Shown piece after piece: positions 10,801-24,613 of a stretch of 64,000 nucleotides of DNA. Below the pieces are notes generated by a model. That model was given only the letters and a program-made list of their open reading frames with translations, ran no database searches and had not been told where the DNA came from. The position numbers and the translations under genes are program-made. Source of the stretch: Oculina patagonica (taxonomy: Eukaryota); NCBI RefSeq assembly GCF_052425735.1, contig NC_135769.1:744001-808000 (forward strand). Reading direction: 5' to 3'. Within the stretch, counting starts at the first letter, position 1. Each line of letters opens with the position of its first letter.

Positions 10801-13800
10801 CCATGGAAGATTAAGTGAATGTCTGGAGACAATTCTGAACAAGGCTCAGGTATCTGTTACTGTATTTGCATTTAATTTACAGCTGACAGGACAACAATTA
10901 ACGCTGCCTTCTTTGTTGATCTCTAACAGGAACCGCCCAAGTCGAAGAAAGTTCAGCATTCAAATGCCCGGAATGCTGTCCTGTTTGAAGCCATAAATCA
11001 AATCATACACATGGACAGTGAACAGAGTTTGTTGATTAGAGGCTGTAACCAACTGGGTCAATTTTTGACGCACAGGGAAACTAATCTGAGGTATGTTAAT
11101 TAGTTGTGCAACAGTACACCGGTGCACTGGTCAACTTATTTCATGGTTCAAATATTGATATTAATTTTGAACAACATATCACAACATCGCATAATAATAA
11201 AACATTCTTCATCAACGTTCAAAAATTACTGTTTATAATGACATTTTACTCAAGTCCAAGCCCTTTATAGTGATAAATTAAACAGAGGGACAAGAAAGTT
11301 CCATCCTTGCTGCGCTTCTGATCATGTATTCTTCGAGATGCAGCATAAACGCATGCATACACTGTAGTTCCAACTACTAGTTGTCAGCTGACACAGTCTT
11401 GTGTGCCCAGGAGCAAAAACATGCGGTTCGTGACAACTTCACTTTGAAAAATGTTTCCCATGTTGATAAAGGTGGAGAAAAACTGACTTGGAACCACAGT
11501 TTAGTAAAATTATGTTAGTTGTCAGTTTTATGACATTATGTATCATATCGTGGTACTTGTATCAAGATATGTACAGTATCATATTGTGAGCAAATGTATC
11601 ATTGCAGCCCTAATCAGACTTTTTCTCACGGCAAGTGTTGTATTTTTTAACATAATGATTGTAATAATTCTGCCCAGGTATCTTGCTTTGGAAGGACTGT
11701 GTCTGATGTCCAACTCTGAGTTTTCAGTTGATGCTGTCAGGAAACATCAAGAGACTGTTGTGAGTGCACTGAAGGTGAGATCAGTTGATTCCTGGTCTTT
11801 ATAACAAGAACATAAGATAGTGATCATTCTGAGCTATGCTTACATTTTGCATTATAAGGTTTTGCTCTGATAACACATGCATTGATTGGCGGTGTGAATG
11901 AAAATCAAAATGTGTGTGCTTTTTTCTGTTCCTAAATATGATATTTTTCTTTTGTCTATGGTAGACTGAGCGTGATGTCAGTGTGCGTCAAAGAGCTGTT
12001 GATCTTCTATATGCCATGTGCGATAAGAACAATGCTGAGGAGATTGTGTCAGAAATGTTAACATATCTGGAGACAGCTGATTACTCTATTAAAGAAGAAA
12101 TGGTAATTAGTTAATTTGTGCCGATGTTATTATCTGTGTAGATGGCTAAGATACTGTAGATTAATTTGTAGATGTTCAAATAATTATTGTAAGGGCAACA
12201 CGGCAATTGAAAATGACTGATGTGAAGATCGATCGAGGGTCAAATATGTAGGGGAAAACCTGTTACAGGCTAGCATATCCCATCTAGGAGAGGCTACAAT
12301 AATCCTTAGTACTTGGATGCTTGGATGATGGTTTTTCCTTTACCTGAAGTTTTACAATTTTTTTTATTCTTTCAGGTGTTGAAAGTAGCAATCCTTGCTG
12401 AGAAGTTTGCAACAGATTATTCCTGGTACATGGATACCATCCTTACTCTTATCAGGATCGCAGGAGATTACGTCAGTGAGGAGGTATGATGGTGTATGGT
12501 GCTTCTTAATTAAAGGACTATGTCACGGATTTTACCAGATTTTTGAACAGCCAAAATTTATATTTGTGTCGCAGGAAACCTAATTATAATGCTCCATTTT
12601 TATTAAAAATTGCTGTATTAGAGCACTGAAACTGTTAACAAGCATCTTTGGCTGTGTATGGCTTGGATGGAAACGAATTGCAACTTGAAAAAGTAAGGCT
12701 TACTTTTTCAAGTTGTTTCTGTGCGTCTTCAAAAAAGTCGATATTTATAGCCGTTGCTTGATTTCTATCCACAAATTAAGGTTATATCTTCCTTTAGATG
12801 TTTTATAGGTTAAAATTGCCTGCCTCCAGTTTCAGAACAGTTTAGACCAAAAATCTGCGAAATACTGTTCATTCAATGAGAAGTCAGATGTTGATCTCTC
12901 TAAAAAAATAAATGTTTCTGTTTTGGTTAACATTTTTTGTGAGTATTGATGTGGTGCAAAATTCCTTTTTAGGTGTGGTACCGTGTAATCCAGATCGTGA
13001 TCAACAGAGATGACATTCAGGGTTATGCTGCTAAGACAGTGTTTGAAGCTTTACAGTCACCAGCCTGCCATGAAAACATGGTCAAAGTTGGCGGCTACAT
13101 CTTGGGAGAGTTCGGAAATCTTATCGCTGGAGATCCAAGATCAAGGTAGAAACAACTAATAGCCAAATTCTCAGCTGTGTTGTAATATTATTATAAACTG
13201 CCCTACAGGTAGCCATCTTTCAGTATCAAACAGGTTGCAAGGAAGATTGCTGAAATGTACTACTGAACAGCAAGTTACCTGGGAGCAAATTTTAATAAGC
13301 CGCGATCTGATATAAATGTCCTGTAGGCTAATTGTTCAACTAACAAAACAAACCAACATCTCAAAACTATTACAGCTTTCAAATTCCTGCAAGTTCACAG
13401 TTGGCTCTTAAACTACCATCAATTATGGCAGATGTCACTTGGAAATATTCTGTGACTTCAGTATTAAAATTGTAGCTATGGGATATCTCTAACCGACATC
13501 TGTTGTGCTTGTCAACCTTCCCTCTGATCATCCAGGGGGAGTAGAATACGCCTAGTCCCTCAATGCTACAGAAACCAGGATAATAGGCCTTATGCATGAT
13601 AACGTCATAAGCTCAAAATTCACCACCAAGCCTCGTTTACGCAAATTATGCGCAACTTTTTGCCACCTTCATGCAGTTTTCACGAGGGTATCCTTTTTAT
13701 CTTTGCTACTTTGGGAATTCGTTCATGATAATATTTACAAGTTTGCACTTTGAAAGCGAGGCTTGGTGGTGAAACTAGCCAGGTTGACGTAAACATGCAT

Positions 13801-16800
13801 AAGGGCTATTGCTCCAGCAGCATGGGCCACTTAGCTCGATACAGATTTTTTTTATTTCTACCATGGTTGAGTAATGTTTGAAACTGAAAATAAAGTACAA
13901 TAACTTTTAAGTATTTATGCTGTAAGTTGAATAAAACATCCATGTATATTGTTTTTCTCTTTTCACCTTTTCAGCCCAATGGTTCAGTTCCAGTTGTTAC
14001 ACAGCAAATTCCCATTGTGTGCTTCCTCCACAAGAGGACTGCTCATGTCAACATACATCAAGTTTATTAATCTCTTCCCCGAGATCAAAGGACACATCCA
14101 GGAGGTACAAAAACAGCCACATTGTATGTCTTGCTCAGGGATGTCGCTAAGGGCAAGCTGTCGGCTAATTTCACCAACTAAAAAAGAGAACTTAAATCCG
14201 GCTGAAATTTCACATGAAAACAAAGACATTAGTAAACTTTTAGATCTGCCAAGGCAAAAGGGCTTGCTCTGGGCTTGTTAATGAGCCAGCTTAGTGATTT
14301 CTTAGCTACATCCCTGCTTGCTGCAATCTTGTCCCCAGAGGCCACGATCCTTCTGGTCTGTGCCAGGGATCAGGACCTCTGGGCTAGACTGAAAGCCTGC
14401 CAAACAGACAGCCTGAGTTCTTATTAGCTGTTGAAAACTTGTTCATTTCATCCACAATCTCTGATGCATGCACACAATCACACCAGAAGCAGGATTTCCT
14501 GGTTCTGGATTGGATTCATCAAGAGACGCTGTGTTTCCTGACTACTGGTCAAGGGGGACACTGGCTCTGGGAACAACGTTGGTGTTGCCGCTTTAAGGCG
14601 CATAGATGCTAGGCCATGCATTGTTTGGGCAATAATTTCCTCAGTCATTGAGCTCCCAACATGTGTTTTTTCTGATTTGCTTTGAATCTTCTTTCAGATT
14701 TTGCGAAGTGATTCGAACCTTAAGAATTCTGATGCAGAGATCCAACAGAGGGCTCTGGAGTACTTGAAACTTAGTACTGTTGCTTCTCCAGATGTTTTGG
14801 TAAGTTTGTATTGCTGGGAGGGGTGTGTATTAACCATTGACCCCTCCCCCCCCCCCAGAAAAAAAAAATCTTGAGGATCATAGCTCTACCCGCTTATGAG
14901 TTATGGACTGATTGTGTTTCTGTTTATTTCTTCACTAAAGGCCACTGTTCTTGAAGAAATGCCACCATTCCCAGAACGAGAGTCTTCCATCTTAGCAAAA
15001 CTGAAGAAGAAAAAGAAGGAAAAGGCAGGAATCCTTGAGAAGGAAGAGAAAAGTGAACCAGTAGAGAAACCAACTGCCAATGGACAGGTTCCTGTTGCTA
15101 ATGAGGTACATTTATGAAACTGCTTGCAATCATTCCTTCAATCAATAAATCAGTTGGTCGGTATGTCGGTCAGTACGTCCGTCAGTCAGTCAGTACATCA
15201 GTAAATCAGTCAATGTGGAGTGTTGAGCAGAGCTGTTGTTAAGTTTTTAAGCAGCCATTCTGTTGAACTTATCACCCATGGCTTTTCGCTCTGTATGCAA
15301 GTGTAATGTAACAATTGACATCTTCACTTGTAACATTGGGTGAACTCAGCCGTAACAGATGTTACAGGTTATGGTCCTTAATGACAGTCCTGTAAATGGC
15401 TTATAATTATGTGCATATTATCTCTAATCCTGAGATGATGTTGACGAAATAACATTAATGACTGACATAAAGAATTTGCTTTCTTTCAGGTTTCAGTTTC
15501 GGTTTCTGCTCCCAACCCTGCTCTGCAAGCAGGTAGGTTATGAAACAGTCATTTTAAGCTTACATGTACTTTGAAATCCCTGATTGCATTGCATAGAGTG
15601 GACTGATAGGCAACTACTGGTACAAGTGTCTGTTTTATGTGGATAGAGGTTCCCTTCGACATCTAAATGAAACAAGTAATGAGATGAAAAACATTTCCAA
15701 ACATGGATATATGACTGAATAATCAGAACTGAACAAAAAATAAATGTGAATGCACAGTGGTGAGAGCACTCGCCTTCCACCAATGGCCCAGGTTCGATTC
15801 CCGGACGGGGCGTCATGTGTAGGTTGAGTTGTTTGTTGGTTCTTGCCCTGCTCCGAGGGTTCTTCACCTGGTTCTCCGGTTTTCCTCCCTCCACAAAAAT
15901 CAGCACTTCGATCTAGAGGTGTACAGATAGCCACACCGTGGATGTGCCGCTGTTAATTCCTATTTATTTTTAATAATTTTTATTTTATGTGAATATCCAT
16001 GGTTACCATAATATTTCTTTGGTCATAGATCTGTTCCACACAGAACCAGCTGCACCTATGACAAACAACTTTGCAGCTCCAGAGGCAGGAGGGGGAGGGG
16101 GACTCCTAGTGGACGTGTTTGAGATGCCGGCAGCACCCATAACAGGAAGTGCTCCGTCCATCACCCCTGGTGCAGAGGAAAACATTAAGAAGTAAGCTAC
16201 TGTAAAATGTAGAATGTGTTAGCCTTCATTTGCCCATCATGGCATGCTTCATGTTAGTTGCCCCTAACTAGTGAAAAATAAATAATAATTTTCAATTAGG
16301 AAATTTTTAAACTTGACAAAAGTAATTAATATTTTGGTTCAGTCAGTCTGACATCCCATAAGCTGACACCCTTGAAAAGAGAGTTATTATTATCTGCTTA
16401 CAGGGACCACAAAGACCATTTTAAAGTTGTAGGGCTAAAAAATCTGTTCAAGACAAAAAAAGCATTAGGGTCACTATTCCACAATTTATCATGCATATGG
16501 AGCCCTAAAAAATCAACTCAAGCAAAGAAGTGGTAGGGCTTTAGCTCTATCAGCCCCTCCCCCTCAGAGGTCCCTGACTTAGGAGAGCTGTTCACTTACG
16601 AGTGAATGTAGCATGCTTCATTTACATGTGAATGGTGTTTGCGTGAGAGAGGTCCCCCCTGTATAGTTTTCTATGCACAGATTTTAAGATGAGGAGCTAA
16701 TATAAAGAGTTTTCATTATTTTGTTGACAGATTTGTGTTCAAAAACACTGGTGTTCTTTTTGAAACTGACATCCTTCAAGTTGGTATAAAATCAGAATTC

Positions 16801-17356
16801 AAAGACGATAAGGGTAAGTTACTTAATTGTTGTTGACGTTTTGTTATTATTACTTCCTCATTTCTCTATGAGTGATTCTGCCCATTTCAGTTCTAGTCCC
16901 AGGGTTCGAGACTAACTTTTTTGCTAACTAGCCAAGTGGCTAGTGACAGCTTTGATTTCACTAGCCAAAACTTATTTTCTACTAGCCACAATTTTTAAGC
17001 ATAGTTCTCCTTTTAAGGGGGAGGGGGGGGGGGGTGAAAAAATGTGCGATAATGTTGAAACCTTTAACCGTAAAATGTTCCTTAAATCTTCACGTTTTTT
17101 TCCCCTTAAAAAATTGGGCTTTGACGAGTTTGTTCTTCACTATAAAAATTGTACATGTACATGCGTTTTTGTCAACTAGAATTTTGTTTTAAGCTTTACA
17201 TTCTATAATGTCAACAGTCTACTTGTTAGTTATATTCTCTGAAAGACGATTTTAATAAATGCGGTTTCTTGCCACTAATGCCTGATTTTTTCACTAGCCA
17301 CTTTGGCTAGTGAAAGGCCAAAACCTACTAGCCAAAACTGCATTTTTACTAGCCTT

Positions 17357-17389
<33 letters not shown>

Positions 17390-20300
17390 AGTCCACTCTG
17401 CATAGTGAACATTTTGCTGGGTCAAAGGTCGTAACACCATAATCTGTTATTTTTGTGTTCTGGAGGTTTGTGTATATTTATTTATTTGTTAATTTACTAT
17501 TTTCCAGGGGCTCTTGGCATATTCTATGGCAACAAGACGTCATCACAGTTTGTGGCATTTACTTCCACTCTTCACATGCCTGGAGATCTTAATACTCATA
17601 TCCTTTCAATGTATATGACATTTCTTAATGCTTATAAAAGAAACATTGCCTGGCCAAAATATAAACTCATGGCAGCCATTCATGAAGAAATTTTCAGAGG
17701 TGGTCATATTTTTAAAGAAATAAAATTGCAAATAGGTTTGAACAGTATTTCATCTAAGCAACTTTTGCAATTGGGGAATAAAATCCTACAAAAGTTGTAC
17801 AATGTAACTGGTGACCATAATTTGATTAACCCACCAGGATCTAAGACTTGTTGTGTAATCGTACATTCAGGGATTGGAATAACCCTTACACAGGAATCTC
17901 AATGTTGATGTGAGTTGTGGAATTAATAGTTTGCCTGAATACTATAAAAAATAATGAAATTGAACTTAAAATGCACCTGACATGTATGCAGACAGTTGGC
18001 CTACATATTTTCATTATCCTGTAGTTTCCTTCCTTGACTTCATTCACGTCTCAAAGTCGACTCCAAATCTCCTCCAAATGTTGTGGAGGGCGGGGCACAG
18101 GTGAAACAGATGGTGAATGTAGAATGTCTCATGGATTTCAATGATCGTCCACTCATAGATCTTCAATTCAGGTAACTTTTATTAAATAATAAAGCAGGTG
18201 TGATGCTTATGTAGTTCAAAGGTTATTCAGAGGGTACAGGACAAGAAAGTGTTCTCTTTGGTTTTGTGTGAGAGGAAATGGAGTCGTGGTTTTAATAGTG
18301 TGTCTGAGTCAAGGCCCAAACCCCAGTCAGTCAGTCCGTCGGTCTGTCCGTCCACCGTCTGTCCATCTGTCAGTCATTCAGTCAGTCAGTCAGTCAGTCA
18401 GTCAGTCAGTCAGTCAGTCAGTCAGTCAGTCAGTCAGTCAGTCAGTCAAACATGATTTAGAGTGGGTGACACTTAACAGTTTGTCTGTGATCAACAAAAC
18501 CTATCCTAGAAACCTGATAAAGTGCAGACAGCGAGGTAACCTCTGTTGGACTAGCATCCCCATCTGGGGATTGGAAGCCTTGGGGGGGGGAAGCAATTCC
18601 TCAGTTTGACTAGCATCCCATCCGGGGAGTGGGGGGATAGCAATACTTAGTTTTCTTTCCTCTAATAATTCCATTCAAAACCATAGTTCATTACTAGCTG
18701 CATGAACCATAGTCTTAAATAATCAAACTTTTTTTCTTATTTTTACTACCTAGTGAAGAAAACTTATACAGAGTCTAAACTAGTATTGTAGGAAATCTCA
18801 AATTAACTTGTATCATTTTAAAAAGCACTAGTTGTTCCCCAGAATTTTTTATTTGGATTGCAAAACAAGTTCTCTCTGGTTGGCTGTCGCTTTTTTGGAG
18901 CGATTTTTAAATCTAAATTGTAAGCTGCTTATTTTCTTGACTTAGTGGGAGGCGCGGTGGCCTAAGGGTTAGCGCGCTCGACTCCGAGTCAAACAGCCCG
19001 GGTTCGAGGCCTGGCTGGGGCGCTGCGTTGTGTTCTTGGGCAAGACACTTTACTCTCATAGTGCCTCTCTCCACCCAGGTGTACAAATGGGTACCGGCGA
19101 ATTTACTGCTGGGGGGTAACCCTGCGATGGACTAGCATCCCATCCAGGGGGGAGTAGCAATACTCCTAGTCGCTTAATGCTACGGAAACCGGGATAAGCT
19201 GCGGCTGTATGAGTCTCATGGCTCGGACACAGACTTTACTTATTTTCTTGACTATTTTGCTGAGTGTTATATTCATGTGCACCATTTTCTTTCCTTGCTA
19301 GTGTGAATGGCATGAGCCAGAGAATTGTCCTTCCGCTGCCTCTGTTTGTTTCCAAGTTCTTCTCGCCAACAGAAATGAACTCACAGGACTTCTTTTCGAG
19401 ATGGAAACAGCTGGGAAAGTGAGTATTTATTCTTCTTCTTAAAGGGACGGCTGAGTTAAGTTTATTTTATTAAGTTTTGCCAGATACTCGCTATGAAACT
19501 TAAACTTTGCAATGAAATTACTTCAGTGGAACTAAATGCCAAAACCATAGCTTCATTACAACCAAATGTGACTCCCGGACATTTTATTTTAAAGTTACAA
19601 GCAAACGAGATTAACTTTGAAAACTGTTCAGCCCAACAGTATTTCAAAAACTCATATCGCAATCCGTTTCAATCTTCTTCACTTTTGACCATCCGAACCT
19701 TTTGTATTTGCTGTGTTACTGTAATGTAGCTTTTATTTTTACATTTCAGCGATTTTGATGGCCATTTCCCATTCCTAACTTTGCGTTAAATCCGTGATAC
19801 AGCTCATTTAACGGGCCACTGGCCAGAATATGTGCAGAAATGTAGTTCTTGTGGTTTCTTTCAAACTATTCGGTTTAAAATGTTGTCTTTGTTTTTATTT
19901 CAGTCCTGATCAAGAGTGCCAGAAGGTTTTTCAGGCCAGGTTTCCAATTGATACAGAGACAATAAAGACAAAGGTAAGTCAGTAATAATCAGAAAAAAAC
20001 AAAACGTGTAACAGGTGAAAATTGCGGTCGGTGTAAGCAAAAACGTGTAGCCTGATGGAAAGCGCAGGAAAAACAGAAAACATAAGCTAATAGAAAGCGC
20101 GGGAAAACAAACATGTAGCCGGATAGAAAGCGCGGGAAAACAAAAACAAATATGTAGCTGATAGAAAGCGCGGGAAAACGAAAAAAAACAGTAGCCAATA
20201 GAAAGCGTTGGGAAAGTAGAAAAGAAAGAAACAGGTGAAAAGCGCGGGAAAAGTTGCGGAAACCAAAATGGCGATTGGGTCGCTTTGGCACCTGATTGGC

Positions 20301-21217
20301 CAGGGAGGGGGGGGGGGGGGGAATACTTGACTGTAATTGGTCAGAGCACGCTGCGCGCGTTTCTTGAAATAATCATTACCGTGTTTTCTCGTTTAAACGC
20401 GAGGTGTTAAAGTTAGAGTTCTAAATCTTACCTCCCTTCAAGCATTTATTTGAGGTATAAAAAAGTTTTAGTTGTAATGGAATTATATATGTCTGTCAAA
20501 AAATAATGTGTAAAACTCCTTGCTTTTATAAACACCGGTTTCGAATAATCTGCAGGCGTCAAATAAACGCCTGGTCCACCAGACCAAATTTGAAAAAAAA
20601 CCTGGGGCGTTTAATCGAGAAAATACGGAGGTTGCTTTGAAAGGGATTTTTGGTAAACAGCTTTTATTCGTTTTCAATAATTTCCTTATTTGTGCCACGC
20701 TCATTTTGTATGATTTCTAACTGCTTTCTTCTATTCTCTTGTAGCTTGTTGGCTTAGGAATGTCCTTACTTCAGAATGTAGACCCTAATCCGGAAAACTT
20801 TGTTTGTGCCGGTATAATTAAAGCAGGAATGTTGCAAATTGGAACGCTGCTTCGACTAGAACCTAACAGACAAGCACAGGTAAACAGCACACTTGTTTCA
20901 ATCTAAGCTGCAAAATATGGAGAGAAAATTTAGTCAAAATGATTTATATTGAAGCGCTTAAGACTATCTCAGCAACGAAGTGCCCCATACTTCGCTGCAC
21001 TAGAATCCTCCCTTTTAACGGATTTTGCGGGATTGCCACGATTTTTGCACTGATATAGCACTGAACTAACCAATAAATGCAATAACAATTAAGAACAAAA
21101 TATCAACGTTTTCACAACTTCGTTGCACTTCTCTTTCAGATGTTTAGACTGACACTACGTAGTTCAAGACCTCATGTGGCCTCAAACATCGCAGAGATAT
21201 TGGCAGACCAGTTTTAA
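5494..21217 (+). CDS. AP2A: AP-2 complex subunit alpha (alpha-adaptin), 24 coding exons
   Basis: Starts [28 protein letters not shown]. Exons: 5494-5557, 5742-5810, 5947-6089, 8831-9154, 9685-9786, 10349-10457, 10788-10849, 10930-11090, 11678-11774, 11965-12102, 12376-12483, 12973-13145, 13975-14104, 14698-14799, 14941-15105, 15490-15532, 16029-16191, 16731-16813, 17508-17597, 18048-18171, 19302-19418, 19904-19973, 20745-20879, 21140-21217 (ends ILADQF*). Conserved peptides include [32 protein letters not shown] and VDPNPENFV. Confidence 0.97.
7685..8015 (+). mobile_element. SINE remnant with Deu/Nin-like central domain and L2-like 3' tail
   Basis: ggacgataaaccgtaggccccgtct...gggacgttaaagaacccacacact...gttcccggtgttgtgg resembles the Deu/Nin domain. 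It ends gcgctatataag followed by (tatca)n. Confidence 0.6.
9932..10004. repeat. Near-perfect 34-bp-arm palindrome, probably the core of a non-autonomous transposon
   Basis: tggttgaggattgaatttcagagttcgcatatca-ctgaa-tgatatgcgaactcttaaattcaatcctcaacca. Confidence 0.85.
13582..13810. mobile_element. MITE inserted into the 3' tail of an older SINE copy
   Basis: TIR aataggccttatgcat / atgcataagggctatt. The flanks rejoin into the SINE tail seen intact at 19140-19238. Confidence 0.75.
15752..15960 (+). mobile_element. tRNA-derived SINE (V-SINE-like body)
   Basis: A/B-box-like gcacagtggtgagagc...ggttcgattcc, followed by gggttcttc...ttctccggttttcctccctcc. Confidence 0.65.
16900..17389. mobile_element. 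hAT-like MITE with 5-bp TSD AGTCC (hAT5-like)
   Basis: TIR cagggttcgagactaac / gttagtctcgagccctg, with agtcc on both sides. Internal ctagcca/tggctag repeats. Confidence 0.75.
17598..18047 (+). other. U12-type (minor spliceosome) AT-AC intron of AP2A
   Basis: 5' ATATCCTTT, branch site TTCCTTGAC at 18030-18038, and terminal AC at 18046-18047. Removing it gives in-frame [33 protein letters not shown]. Confidence 0.93.
18325..18447. repeat. (TCAG)n microsatellite
   Basis: Tandem cagt/tcag repeat seen directly. Confidence 0.95.
18943..19238 (+). mobile_element. Full-length tRNA-derived CORE(MIR-like) SINE with 15-bp TSD
   Basis: tRNA head (ggtggcctaagggttagcgcg...gggttcgagg) and core ttgtgttcttgggcaagacactttactctc. 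TSD cttattttcttgact at 18928-18942 and 19239-19253. Confidence 0.9.
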
Positions 21218-23175
21218 ACCTGCTCGCCCGGTTGCTGAAGCTTATAAGGTGGCTGTGGAAAAACCCCTGCATCCGGAATAAACCAGTTATTTTATGAACC
21301 ATCAGTCAAGAACATCCTGATCAAGTCCTACCCATAACATTGCCGCAACGTTTTACTGAGCCCTTATATGTGTAGTGTAAAATTGGTAGTAATGTAATCC
21401 TAAAACACTTTTCTAGTGACTTCCGATAATAATTATTTGTTAACTTTGCTTTGAGTTTGCGCAGCTCTATAATCGCTTCTTAAAATTCAGGCAACGTTTT
21501 CCAACCAATCAAAACTAAGGTGTTGGTCATCTCGACCAATCGTTACTTGTCATACACCACGTTTCCCGCGCTTGACGCTGGTGGCATATTCCTGAGTTTT
21601 GATTGGTTTATTGCGCTTTTTCGGCCATGCTGACTCGCCCTGGTTGTTTTGGTGTTTGTTGCTCGTCAGTCAGTAGCAAGGTTCTCTTATGAGAAAAATA
21701 ACCAAACCAAACAAGATATTGTCATTTAGCGCAGACTCTCTATGAGAGCCTTGTTGATGCAGTAGCTATGCAGTAGACTTATGCTTTCTTGAATACCAAC
21801 GGAAAACTGCTCAAAGATTGACAGGCGGGGAAACAGTTGGTTATTCGAAATGAGCCAAAATTTTTAAAAGATATTACAATGCAACATGGCTCATGTACTG
21901 TTTGGAGTTCTCAAGTTATTTTTTGATTGGATAATGAGTCAGAAGCTATTCTGTTGCTGTGTGTGCTTCTATAAAGATTTTTCAGAGACAACAGTTTAGT
22001 CTTGAATAGGAGAGAAAACCTGAAGCTAATGAGTTAAGAGGAATTATTGTTTTTTTCTTTCATTTAGAGATAACCTAGCATTCTAGAAATCAATTAGCCT
22101 GAATTTTAAACGTCTTTCTCTGGTAGCTTTATTCCTCTTCTCAGAAGAAAGCGACCAGAGGAAGACGTCTGAAATTCAGGCTGAAAATCAATTAGGGGGC
22201 AATTTGATTTGTACTTGTTTGGGCAGCATGCATTTGTAAATTCACGGCGAAGCTAAACGGTGGTAAAACGACTTTATTTAGGAAGAATCCAAAGGTAAAA
22301 CTATGTTTGCAGGTTATGGTTAGTTTGGTTACGTAAGTACTGTAATTGCTTATGCTTGCGTACATTGCTTTTCGGTTCGGCCATCTTCGCTGGAATTCGT
22401 GACAAATATAAGTGGCATTTAATTTCTTTTTTATATATATAGCAGACGTAACATTTTGAATTCATCATTAAACTGAAGGTAAACATTTCATCGACAAAAG
22501 ACCTGTTCTTGATACGCTTATAGGAATGTCGTGTATGTAGAATTTAATTGAATTTTTTGATCGCAAAAGCTGGCTTTTTAGTCAAGGTGGCTTGTGTTTT
22601 GTTGAAGTAATACAGTTTTAAAGAAAACGTGAAGTATGTATGTATGTATGATGGCATTATGTCCATTAATCCAAAGTTGTGATAAATGTGGTATTTTACT
22701 CTATCAATGATAGTTAAACGAACGCAAGCTTGTAATGGCCTGCCTGTATACACTTTAGGAATTTTATATAAAAAAGAAAGAAACAACAACATGAAACATG
22801 TAACAATCTACTAGGCGTGTAGGTGCCCAAAATCGCCTGATGCAAAATAAAAGTATAAAATGGTTACTCGTTACTGGCCTTTTTCTTCATGTCCCATACC
22901 CCCCACCCCCACCCTCTTGACAAAACTCTTTAAGAACCATTTTGTGGAGTTAAAATCGTGAACCATCAGACTCGTCCCCAGTCGTCTTTTGAGTCCGTCT
23001 TGAGTCTAGGAAGACTGGATGAAACTGAACACGGAGGGAATCATGGGATGAGAAAAAACGGATGGTCTTTCCACCATCCCATAATCATTTGCGTCTTGCA
23101 ATTTTCGCATAAGAGACGACTGGGTACGAGTCAGGTGAACCATGCTGTTCACTCTTCACGGGCAAGGAAAATAAA

Positions 23176-23839
23176 GGGGGGATCTTTGTATACAATATTT
23201 GCCTCATTAGCATAAACGCTTCTGTTTCTGATCAAGCTACAAAAACATCAATTTTGATTATTGGAAAAGAGTATGGCACGATTAACTTTCGCTATAAATA
23301 TGAGCCTGAGTATTAAAATTCAGGGTTCGTACGGGACCTGGAAAAGACTACTGATCCAGGAAAGTTCTGGAAATCTGTTATTAAACACAAGTAATACCAG
23401 AATTTTCAGAACTAACATGATAAGAAATGTATAGACAGTGAGGAGAAATAATATTAAAATCTTAGGAGTGAAGGGTTAATGTGAATTTTGGAGTGCTGGA
23501 AAAATCAGTCTGAGTCCTTGAAAAGTCCTGGAAAATTGTTTGTGAAGAAGGATACGAACCCTGTAAATACTTCTTCTTTGAACCAGGTTTGAAAACTCAA
23601 CATTTTACAAAGCGCTTTTGCCACCCAGAAATTTTGCAGTTTTTTAAAAAAACTAATATCTCCTTCAATATTACACGTGTACGTGAAAAAACTGAAAATT
23701 TTGCCGACTATTTTAAGATTGTGAAACTTAAAGGTTTCACAAACTTCTACAGTCAATTTGTATATAGCAGGATCCCTTCTCTACGCAAAGTCGTATGCTA
23801 ATGAGGCAAACTGTAAACAATAACCTCGGAGGATCGCCC
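23176..23839. mobile_element. TIR element containing a nested CAGGG-ended MITE (23321-23563)
   Basis: Inverted tttgcctcattagcata / tatgctaatgaggcaaa. The inner element reads cagggttcgtac...gatacgaaccctg. Confidence 0.65.
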
Positions 23840-24613
23840 TACAACTTTCACTTTCACTTACTTTACTGGTTAAGCGAAGATACGTATCTGCTAACCGCTA
23901 GTATCTAATTTCGCTCCCCAACAAAGGCTTCTGTTGGTATTCTCTTTTCAGCTCGCCTGCAAGTTCTATCAAGAAAAAGCTTGGGTAGTGAGCTTGCACC
24001 CTCTTCCGCTTCCCCACTCCCGCCTGTAAATATCGATCCATTTTGAACCTCTACAGAGGACAGATGTTTAAAAATACAAATCTCAAAAAAGTACTTGATT
24101 ACGTTTTGAGCAGAAGCCCGGCACTAGTTTCACTCTTGTTGGTACGGACTGTCGAAAAACTCTGTACCATTTGTCTATTTCCCCCAACGCCAGCCCGGGA
24201 ACTCCAGTCTGGTTCATTCAAAGTGCCCTTGCCGTAGTTCCAGTCATGCAATTTAATTAGTTTTCTACACACTGCAGCGACGTCTGGTACGAGCTGCTTG
24301 AAAACCATACCTTTCACAGAAGCTCACAGTGGCGGATACCAATAAAGCTAATATCTCGGAGTGTCCCCCACCCCCTTTCCAGGGCCGTTATCGGTAACCA
24401 GAAACCGAATTAATCAATGGTCATCCTAAGCGATTCCTTTTGACTAATAGTAGTGAGAAAAGGGCTGTTATTGCTGTTGAACCTGCGATATAAATATATA
24501 AACGAGATGAAAGGATCGACACATCGGTCAAAATATAGAATGACACTTTGTATGTCAAATTGTTGATAAGGGAGGCAGTAGTTTCCTCAGGAGGGTACAG
24601 TGCGGTGTTTTTA

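Noticed and set aside
20000-20270. Spaced aagcgcgggaaaa repeats resembling a CRISPR-like array
   Set aside because: Irregular spacing and degenerate units. The motif recurs at about 21565, 31120 and 32180-32280 as a dispersed eukaryotic repeat, and no cas genes are present.
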